From the NCBI RefSeq assembly GCF_001194135.2, contig NC_068984.1, positions 18,506,279-18,570,278 on the forward strand: DNA of 64,000 nucleotides, read 5' to 3'. Positions 42,401-54,300 of this stretch are shown here, piece after piece. A program made the translations under genes and the position numbers. The number at the start of each line of letters is the position of its first letter. Positions within the stretch are counted from its first letter, which is position 1. The notes under the pieces are model-generated. The model was given only the letters and a program-made list of their open reading frames with translations, made no database searches and was not told the origin of the DNA. The DNA comes from Octopus bimaculoides (taxonomy: Eukaryota).

Positions 42401-45400
42401 TTGATTTCTTCTTGTACCTTCAATGATTTCCTCGTTTTCTTTTTAAATTCAGATTTGTGCAATTGCATCTTGGGATTCCTCCATCCACGATTCGCAATAT
42501 TTGAACAGAGTGACACCGTCAAATGAGCGTGTCTACTTAATTTTGAAAGCAATTGTCAGACTAAGTCACCCAGCTTCAATGGAGCTGGTTTTGCGCAAAA
42601 GACTTTGCATTAACATATACAAGAAACAAGGACTAACAAGTATCACAGACAAGCTTAAGAAAAGGATCACAAGATCTGTACGATTTCTCTTTTGATATTT
42701 TGTCTCTTCTAGTTTACATACAGGTGTCCATATATTACCTTTACAAATCAGGAAAAAATAGGAAAATAAGGATAATTCAGCAGAATTTATTAGAAACATC
42801 AGAACACTTCCATGTGGGTTTCCATTGGTTGCAAAGATGTTGATTGATAAATCTCAACTTTAATAGATACAGTAAATTGTGGGAGTTGTAAAGATAATTT
42901 ATGAACACCCTGTGTATATACATATATATATATATATATATGAATCAGTGTGTGTGTATTTGTATGTGTGTGTGTATTTGTATGTGTGTGTGTGTGTTTG
43001 CACATATATCTATTTGTATATTTGTGTTTATTTATATATGTTTCTCTCTATGTGTATGTGTGTATATATACATTTATATGATTTTTGTTTATTTTTGGTA
43101 CAAAGTGTGATTACAGATGTAGAGTCTGATATGTATAAGGTAAATAGTTTTTTTCTGTCCAATCCATTGATGTATACAGTTGACCGATGACAGGCTGATT
43201 GAGTGAAACCATGATCTGGGAATGTAATTAATGTTTACCTTACACAAAAACACACGCATCAACACATTGTATATCTACTTTTTTTCTCAGTTAATTTTTG
43301 TTTTCATATACTTTTTTGTTTTCATATACTTTTGTTTTCCTTATTTTACTCTTAGTTTTAATTGTGGTTTGATGATTCCTCATTTCTCTATTTAAGCACT
43401 TAGACCAAAACACAAATTATTGCACTCCAAGAGTGTAATGCGCACGTAAAAACACCCAGTACACTCTCGGAGTGGTTGGCATTAGGAAGGGCATCCAGCC
43501 GTAGAAAACCATGCCAAATCAGACTGGCGTCTGGTACAGCCTTCCAGCTTACTAGCCCTAGTCAAGCTGTCCAACCCATGTCAGCATGGACAACGGATGC
43601 TTGATGATGATGGTGATGAGGAGGAGGAGGAAACATCTGCCTCCACATTGCAAGAAGATACACTCACACACATACACAATGTTGCACCTGCCTGTAATCT
43701 TGTACATGCTTCACTCATAGGATTGCAGCCCCACTTGAAGATTGTAGTCAAAGAAATCAGTCTCAAGTTCTTATTATTTGTTTTTCAAGTTTGGCATCAG
43801 TTACTTTTTGCCAAACCACTACATCATGGAGGCCTAAACTAGCCAAATCCATTTGTCTAGCAACAAAACATTCACAAACACACATCTTTTATCTTTAAAG
43901 AGACATAAGCACAATAACACTGATTCTCAAGCAATGGATGGGGGACGTTCTCAGACACAAAGACACACTTGACAAGCTTCTTTCATTTTCCATCTACCAG
44001 ATCCACTCACAAGGTTTGCCTGAAGCTATAGTAGAAGACAGTTGCCTGCACCTATACATACATATATATATAAATTAAAAACGTAAAAATAAAAACAGAA
44101 CACAAAGGATTCCGCGGTACACCTGTTTCAAGCTTTATAGTCGTTGCAATATATAAACAACAGATTTCTACATAGTTTCTTCTCTACCAATTTCACTCAC
44201 AAAGATTTTGGTTGGCACAGGGACTATGACAGAGAAGACACTTACCCAAAGTGCCATGCAGTGAGACTGAACCAGAAGTCACATGGTTGTAAAATGAACT
44301 CCTTAATCACACATCCATGAGTGCATCTACCCACACAGCCACAGTACTAATTTAAATGAAAACCATTATACAGAAAACATAGAATGTCCAGTCTGTTAAT
44401 GATTACACAGGTTCTTCTCAGAATAGCCTTTGAAGCTTTCATTCAATAAGCTTTTCATTATAAAGCCAATTGTGAATTATTCCTTTGAAGTCAGTTGTTC
44501 AGATATAGTTTGTGCATTATAATGCCTGGATATATGGTATTATGTGAAGGTGTGCAGCTTAATGGTTAAGATGTTGGACTCGGAATCAGTGCTTGAGCCA
44601 GGTGGTGCCTTACGCCTTTGAGCAAGGATCTTCATTTTATGTTGTTCCAATATACTCATCTGAAAAGAGTGCCAGCTTCTGATGTAGCCCCTCCCACTTC
44701 TCTTCTAGTAGCTGTTGTATCTTTTATCTTTGACTTGTTTCAGTCATTAGAGTGCGGCCATGCTGGGGCACTGCCTTGAAGAATTTCTAGTCAAAGGAAT
44801 TCACCCCAGCACTTATTTTTTTTTTTAAGCCTGGTACTTATTCTGTTGACCTCTTTTGCCAAACTACTAAGTTACAGGGACATAAACAAACCAACTTTGG
44901 TTATCAAGCAGTTATGGGGAACAAACATAGATACAAAGACACACACATCATCATCAAGCTTCTTTCAATTTCCATCTACCAAATCCACTCACAAGGCTTT
45001 GGTCAACCCAAGGCTATAGTAGAAGATATTTGTTCAATATTTGGCAGAAACGTTAGCACGCCAGGCGAAATGCTTAGCAGTATTTCATCTGCCATTACGT
45101 TCTGAGTTCAAATTCCGCCGAGGTCGACTTTGCCTTTCATCCTTTCGGGGTCGATAAATTAAGTACCAGTTACGCACTGAGGTCGATGTAATCGACTTAA
45201 TCCCTTTGTCTGTCCTTGTTTGTCCCCTCTTTGTTTAACCCCTTGTGGGCAATAAAGAAATAAGAAGATATTTGTTCAAAGTGCCACACAGTGAGACTAA
45301 ACCCAGAACCATGCTGTTAGGAAGCAAGCTTCTTACCACACAGCCACACCTGCACCTGTAGGTGTTTTACTGGGTCAAGAGTAAGAGTACTTAGAAGATG

Positions 45401-45711
45401 TTTGTGTCTACCTGTGACTACAAAGGTGCCCGAAACAATTCACAAAAGCATGGTTCATACTACCAAGTAATCCTCAATCTCAAAGCTAACCCTAAGTTAC
45501 CCTCAATTCCAAATGATGACCTTAACAGTTTATCTATGCATCTATCTGTGTGTGTGCGTAAAGGGTTTTTTGAAGAAATATTTTTAAAAATTGTATACAT
45601 TCAGTTCAGTTTTGAAACATTCACCTTCCTTTGTCAATAACAAATTTCACCATCAGTTGCTTATCATGAATGGTCTTTGAACTAAATTTCATTTTGCTGG
45701 ATTTCTTTTTC

Positions 45712-45750
<39 letters not shown>

Positions 45751-46360
45751 TTCATTTATTCATTTCATATGTATCTCTTTTTTTTTTTTTTTACATAGAA
45801 AACTTTGAAAATGTTCTCTTTTCCTCTATCTCAATATATTTATTGATTTATGTATCTCACTGTTAATCTATGTATTTCCTTCTCTTCCATATATATATAC
45901 ACACACATGTATATACATATATATATATATATATATATAGACACATACATACATACATACATACATACATGCATGCATACACATACATGCACATATACAC
46001 ACTCACACACACAAGCATGCATGGGAGAAAATATACGTAAATATAAACATGCACACAAACACATACAAGCAAACACACACACACACACACCACTCTTTGT
46101 CTCTTAAACACATTTCCCTTCCATTTTCTATTCCCTTCAAATTTTCCTTCTTTCTTTCAATCTTCTTTCCTTTTTTCTTTTCCTTCTTTCTCCCTCTCTC
46201 TCTCTCTCTCTCCTCCCCCTCCTCCTCTCCCTTTTCACTCCTTTCAATGCTCCTTTCCTCTTCTGTTCCTTCTTTTGGCTACCAAACAAATTAACCCAAC
46301 TCTGGAAAATTGAATTCATTGCTGCTGCCTTTGAATCTGCATGTTAATTCTTTTATTTCC

Positions 46361-46397
<37 letters not shown>

Positions 46398-49300
46398 TTT
46401 CATTTATCTTTTATCCAGTGGATCACTTCCTGTTTACTTGTTACAGTAACCATATCTTGATTTGATTGGATTTCATTTCTTTTTTTTTACTTTTTGTTTT
46501 TAGTTTTTACTTTTTACTTTTTCTTTACATCATCTAAGATTTCATCTTTCTTAGATTTTTATTTATTTATTTTTTTTTTTCATTTCATTATTTACATCTA
46601 GCTATCCATAGAATGATTTGATTATTTGTTTTATCAGCATCTTTCTTCTTAGATTCTGTCCATTTCCTTATATCTTTTCCCTTTCTTTGATAAATCATAT
46701 TTTATGACATTGCATTTTATTCTATTCTCCTCGCTTCTCTTCTGCCATTTCATTCTGGTTATTTTTAAAACATTTTCATCAACTTCCTCCTCCCAACACT
46801 ACCCATTCCATTCCATTCTATTCCATTCCATTCCACCTCTTTTTCCTTTGTCTTTGTCTGGTTCTGCTACAATAGCTTAAGTGACATTTAGGAAGTTGGT
46901 TTGTGTCTCTTTCTATTCTCTTCTAGTTGCTTGTCTTCCGGGAATATTGCTATAATTTCTCTCTGTAACTCTATGCAGTAAATATTATTGTCACCTGAAG
47001 CTAGTAAATCTCTTAGCAACATTGACTGATATGCTTCCTTCATGCATTCCCGTTCTTTCTTTATTTCTTTATTCTACAAAAAAATAATCTAAGCAGACTT
47101 TTTTTTTTTTTTTTTCTTAACATTAGAGTTTCAATAAATCTCAAATGGCAACAAATAAAAATTTCTGCTAAGTTCTGGTGATGCCAGGTTGTTTTCTACA
47201 TTTTGGTTCCTGGAAATATTAGATAAAAAAAAAAAACTCTCTGTGTCCATAGATAAGATGCTACACAGTGCCGCATAAAAAGCACTGATGCTGGTGCCAT
47301 GTAAAAAAACACCTAATACTCAGTGCACTTTGTGAAGTGGTTGGCATCAGGAAGAGCATCCAGCCATAGAAACCATGCTAAAACAGTGGATCCTAGTGGG
47401 AATTCTGGAATTCTCAGCTCCTGTCAAGCCATCCAGCCCATACCAGCATTGGAAACAGACATTAAATGATGATGATGATGATGATGATTTCGATTGAAAT
47501 CCCATTTTGAATAAAGTTTTATAGCATTTCACTATTTCAAGGATAGTGGGAACCCACATTGGATCATTGCTCCCACATCTGGAATGGTGGGGCTACTACA
47601 CCGAAAGAACATTCTAGACTGTCTCCAAAAAAAGGGTCTCCTAGCTGTATAACATGAAGTTGCTCTCCAACACGCTTCACCCCTCCCTCTCACTGCCCAC
47701 CCCAGTCCACACATATGTTGCCTTCTCAATGGGTTCATTGCTGTGCAACACTTTATACACTCAAAACTAATTCACACACGGGAACTTTTGGGATTCTCAG
47801 AATGTTTGTATAAACTTACTGAGTTTAGGAAATGCTTTTATTTGATCACAAGTTCACTTTCACCATATCATCATCATCGTCATTTAACATCTGTTTTCCA
47901 TGCTGGTATGGGTCGGACGGTTTAACAGGTGCGCACCAGCTGATGAATTGTCCAGGCTCCATGTCTGTTTTGGCATGGTTTCTATGGCTGGATGCCCTTC
48001 CTAACGCCAACTGCTTTACAGAATGCACTGGGTGCGTTTACGCAGTACCAGCATAAGTGTATTTATGTGACACTGGTACAGATGCATTTTACATGTCACG
48101 AGCACCCATGAGCCTGCACAATTAGGAATACTCAGCTGGAGAGGGATGAAGGGGACAGCCTGTATGCAAGGACAACCACACTTTTACTTAGCTTGATGTG
48201 TCTTTTCAAGCACAGTAAGCTGTCAGGAGTCTTGGTCCCCTGTCATCCCCTCTGTGAGTCCCAATGTCTGTAAGTCCTTTCTCACCACTTCATTCTACAT
48301 TTTCCTGGGTCTACCCCTTCCACATGTTCCCTCTACAATTGGAGATCAGCACCTCTTTATGCAACTGTCTTCATTCATATGTATTACATGGCCATACCAG
48401 TGCAGTCTTCTCTCTTGCACACTACATCTGACGCCTCGTATACCCAGTTTTTCTCTCAAATCACTTACATTCTGTTTGTTGTATATGCACACTGATATTA
48501 CCCAACCAGCAGAGCATACTGGCTTCATTTTTTTTAAGCCTTTGCATATCCTCAGTAGTCACAACCCATGTCTCACTGCCACATAGCATAACTGTTTGTA
48601 CACATGCATCATACAACCTGCCTTTCACTCTGCAGGCAAGGCCCTTTGTTACTAACAGAGGTAGCAAGAAGTGAGCCATCATCAATGCTAACTCATTTCT
48701 CTCTTTCCACATCACAATTTTCTCTGACACACTGTCTTGCAATCTGAAACCCTTCAAGCCTCTGACCCTCACATTGCAGAACATTGGCAAACTTCCTCCT
48801 TTCTGCTTCTCCCCTGGCTAGGTATACCTGTCTTCTAGCCTCCCTCCTAACTTCCTGATATAGGTCTCCACTACCTTTATCTTTTACTGGTTGAAGCCAC
48901 ACTGGAGCACCATCTTTCAGCACCTTGCATTTCTTTTCTTTACTGTTTCTAGTGAAGTAACAAGTTGGACGGAGCTGCTCTTCTTTGTGCCTCCTTCTGC
49001 AATGTGGGTTCATCTGATATTTCAGATAAAAGTTGTCCAGATACTCTTTCAAGACCTTCACATCTACACATTTGTCCAGTTTCTTATCTTCATTTTTCAT
49101 TTTTCCCATTGCCTGTCAATTAAAACTGAAATTTATGTATGTATGAATCAGAGTAAGAAAGGAGTGTTTGTAACTGTGCAGGAACAAACACCACTAAGGA
49201 CTTTTCTTGAATAGCTACAGTTTATCAGCCAATAATATACATCAATGAAAACACACATACTATATTTATGAATGAAGTCTTGATTATTTAACCCTTTTGG

Positions 49301-50159
49301 TACCTAACCTGCTTGAGAATGCCTTTGGTTCTATGATACTTCCTGTTTCAACCCTTTAGCACTTAAACTGGCCATATCCGGTCAAAATATTTTACCTGTT
49401 TTATGCTCAAACTGGCTAGATCTGGTTTCTTACACCTGCACTACAATCTCATTCTAAGAATGAACAGTTACCTCATCAAAATCTCAAAACTGCAAGATAA
49501 AGCATGATTAATTTGAAAACAATGTGAATAAATAAGCATTGCTTTTGACAGAATAATATGAATGCTAAAGGGTTGAATTAGATTAAAACTATCAAAATTT
49601 CATGTTAATTTATGTTCCTCACACCAGATTAATAATGACTGTAATTTTACTAAATTCTTCATTATTTTGAAAGTTTATTGAAACAAAGGCAGTGTATTTT
49701 AGCAGAAATATGGTAGCAAAAATGTTAACATCCAGAGATGGAAAACATAAAATTATAGGTCATTAATGTTAATCAAGTATAACAATAGCTTTATATATGT
49801 AATTTATTGTTAACCTTCTGCTAACCAGATTCTGTTAATCTTTTTTTCAGGATTTATTCTTAGACAGTGGTGTAACCTATGAAGTTGTGTCTAATATCCC
49901 AAAAGTAAGTTGATTCAAGTTTATCAGTATATTATGTTGTATTTTATTTTATTTTATTTTATTTTTTGTGTCACATTCTGTAAACAATGGCATCATTGGT
50001 TACAGGTTCCCTGTGGACCAATCGGTTTACTTCATTATATTTCTGATGGTGAGAGTGACGAGGGAGTTTCTGTGGCTTTGTGCATGAACAAATACTACAT
50101 AGGACTTTGTTCAAATAACACCAATTTATTAGTTTTCTTACTAAAGATATATATATGTG

Positions 50160-50229
<70 letters not shown>

Positions 50230-51344
50230 GATTTTGTTTAGGCATAGCAATACTTAACTTTATTAAAACTCAATATACTTATGGTGTTTTTCTCATGATA
50301 CCAGTACTTGTGAGGTTATCTCACAAGACAGAGAAAAAAGGAAAATTCCCCTCAACTAAGCGAGAGTGAAGTTTAGAAGTAGATGGCTTTGTACCAAGTT
50401 TGATAGAAAGAGAACAGGTGTTTTGCTGCTGAGGAGATGTATGGCAACCCCACATTATATAAAGGTGATGGAGAGCAGCTGGAAAGAGAAGTAACTGTAT
50501 ACATATATATAAATACCTGTATGTTGCAATATCGCTGGTGTCAAACTGTATCGGCCTTTGCCTTTCCCTTGGATAACATCACTGGCATGGAGAGGAGAGG
50601 CTGGTATGCACGGGCAAGTGCTGGTCTTCCATAAACAACCTTGCCCAGACTTGAGCCTCGGAGGGTAACTTTCTAGGTGCAATCCCATGGTCATTCTTTA
50701 CCCGTTACCCTAAATACCTGTATGCATGCATATATATGTGTATGTGTGTGTGTAAAAACCATGCCAGAACTGACCTCATCTGTGCTGGTGCCACACAAAA
50801 AGCACTCAATCCACTTTACGGGGTGGTTGGTGTTAGGAAAGGCATCCAGCTGTAAAAAAAACCATGCCAAAACAGACACAGTAGCCTGCTGTAGTCTTCT
50901 ACCTGGCCGGCTTCTGTCAAACCATCTAACCTATACCAGCACAGAAGACAAATGTTAAATGATGATATATATTCACATGCATAAATATACATGTGTGTGT
51001 GTATATATATATATTTATATATATANNNNNNNNNNNNNNNNNNNNNNNNNNNNNNNNNNNNNNNNNNNNNNNNNNNNNNNNNNNNNNNNNNNNNNNNNNN
51101 NNNNNNNNNNNNNNNNNNNNNNNNNNNNNNNNNNNNNNNNNNNNNNNNNNNNNNNNNNNNNNNNNNNNNNNNNNNNNNNNNNNNNNNNNNNNNNNNNNNN
51201 NNNNNNNNNNNNNNNNNNNNNNNNNNNNNNNNNNNNNNNNNNNNNNNNNNNNNNNNNNNNNTATATATATATGTGTGTATGTATATATATATATATATAT
51301 ATTTCGTATGTGTATTACCGGCATAATGCCTCTCCCAAGGTTTA

Positions 51345-51396
<52 letters not shown>

Positions 51397-54300
51397 TATA
51401 AATGTATATAAAGAGAGATCATAAGGACTTAAAAACTTCAGTGTGGTTTCCAGCATAATGTGAGACTGCTCAGAGTGAAGCACCCCTTAGCTCTCTTTAA
51501 AGCATGTCTCTAAGAGAAGGTTACTCCAATATTAAACCCAATTAGTGCTGTTCAGAAAACTTTTGGTACACTGTGCACTATTTTTCTGCTATTAGCTTCT
51601 CCAAAAAGTTCAGCTACACAAGCCTTCATCACTTTAATCAAATCACTTCTGTGAGTAGTTTAACAGTTCAGTATAGTTTTGTTGTAACATCTCACTCTTC
51701 CACTTGTATATGTTAGACACAATGCCTGACAACCCCAAGTTGTGGTCTACTATGCAAATCCCTTGGTGGATTAGCATCTCTTGGCATACAAACCTAAGAA
51801 GTGAAATTTTTTTACCATTGTACTATTGGACCTTTATACATTAAAACCAGTGCCCATCTTATGTATATCATCATCATCATTTTAATATTCACTTTTCCAT
51901 GCTTGCATGGGCCAGAGAGAATTTGTTAAGGCAGATTTTCTACAGTTGGATGCTCTCCCTGCTGCTAACCCACACCTGTTTCCAAGCAAGGTAGTATTTC
52001 CTCACGGCCAGGCATGTTTCTCACAAACAACTGGAAACAAACAACCTTGCTTGTATGATGATGATGTTCATTCACAAGCAACACATGTTATCTAGACACA
52101 AATAAACACTCACACATACATATGATCTATATATATAGACACACATACATGCTTCTTTCAGTTTCCATCTACAAAATCTACTCACAAGGCTTTGGTTGAC
52201 TTGATGCTATAGTTAAAAATACCCAAAATGTCACACAGTGAGACTGAACCCAGAACCAGTTGATAGGGAAGCAGACTTCTTAACCACACAGTCTCCATTT
52301 ACCAAAGTCAATTCATACATATTAGTCAACTCAAGACAAAGCCAGAAAGCACTTGCTTGAGGTGTTGTGCAATGGGATTGAACTTCTTTATCACACATAC
52401 CATTTTTCTATTTTTCTAATTTTTGTTGTTGTTGTTTTGTTTTTTTATCACAACAAGATATATATTCTTTGTTGTAGAGTGACTTATAATGTACTAATTT
52501 CTAATATATGATTTTTCATTTAGCAAACATTATTTCAATGGCTCCAGATAATGAAATATTTTGTTGCTCATTTTTTATGCATATAGTTGTAAAATTAGAT
52601 AATTCTAAAATTGTTTTCTTTTACATCCAGACTTTCCTGTCTGACCAATTAGTCTGCAATTATCTAAATGTAGAAAACAATTAAGAATAATTTTTTCTTA
52701 TGATTAGATGATAAATGGAAACTCCCAAATGGAAATTATATTTCGTAATTGATTTATTAAGTAATTTGTGTTCTCATTTTGATTACAATTATTTTTTTTT
52801 ATTATTATTATTTCTTTTTTAACTTTCTTTCTCCCTTTCATATCAATATCAGGCATCTGAAGATCTAGAGAACATGGAAACTCTTGCTCAGATGGCAGCA
52901 TCTCAAAATGAAACCAATGCTGCTGACGGAGAAACATATATCGAAAAATACATCAAAGGTGTGTCTGCTGTGGAAAGTATTCTCACACTGGATAGATTGC
53001 GACAGGTGAGACATTGAACTACCATTATAAAGTCATTGAGGTTTCACATTTAAATGAATGTTCTGTTGCAAAAAGAATTATCTTATTTCATCGTCATCAT
53101 CATCATTTTAACCCTTTAGCAAGTCAAGTGTTATTTGTGTTATTTGTAGCTGATCAAGTAACTAAATCTTCTCTCTTGTTGGTTTGTTGCGGTTCCTTTG
53201 TTGGTTTAAATTAGTGAAGTCTATTATTTATTGCTTGATCTCCTGTAGGTTGATGTCTTCAGGAAAACATAAGGATGGAACTATTCATCAGTGTTGGATT
53301 AACCATTAAGCAAAATAAGTATGTGCTTAGGGCATTAAGGAAAGCTGAGTATGGGCTTAGGGTATGAAGGGAAACTGGGGAAGGAGGGGAACACCACAGA
53401 AATGGTAAATGGTTTACAACACAAAAGAAATCACTTTCAACTTGCTAAAATAATATTCAAAGCTGTTTATTTGGTCAGAATTATAATCTCAAAGTGCTCA
53501 TGGTGTCATGGTGAGGATCTGATCAAAGATTTTGCAGATAAAAGAAAATAGAAAATTTTTCAACTATAAATAAAAGTGGAAGTATACAAAAATAAACATT
53601 ATTTTCCATCTTAGTGTTAGTTTTTGTTTCATTTTGAAAAACAAATATTTATTATTGTTTATATTTTGAATTACATATATATTGGGGCACCAAAATCTCT
53701 ATCCAGCCCTGCTATAATAATAATATCATTTTCCTTATGTCACATGTCAACACATTTCAACCATTTAGGAATATGATAATTACATTGATGTGACTAGATA
53801 TTAAACAAGAATGCCTTTTGAGATGTACAGTATTCATTTTCACTGGGTTTTTTTAATGTTGATCTAACATTTCTTTCTTTCTTCTCTTTCCAGGAAGTTG
53901 CTGTAAAAGAGCTATTATCAGCGTCTGGCCGTTCCCTGCGTAAGACCACGAGTGTGCCAAACATCCACCAGGCAAGTTATTTTTCTGGTTATTACATAAT
54001 CTGCATATAATACCTACAATTCTATAGACACCTTTCTCAGTCATTTTAACCCCTTGCGATACTCAGGACATATTTCCTTAGCACCCATGCATTATATATG
54101 ATACACATTCCCGATTTTTTCTAACCACCAGAGTAACTTCGGATTTATGAAATGGAAACTTTATATTATTCAGAACATATGAATCAAGGACTAACTAACA
54201 GTCTGAAACCGAGCATGGATCTTTATGACAAACCTATGAAAATACTCTGGACAGGCAAAGAGTTAATAGGAGAAAAATTTCTTGAAAGATTTTCGGTGTG

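Noticed and set aside
841-43335. Short local tandem duplications (about 830-890, 42215-42270, 43298-43335)
   Set aside because: These are ordinary 18-30 bp slippage products in AT-rich intron with no further structure.
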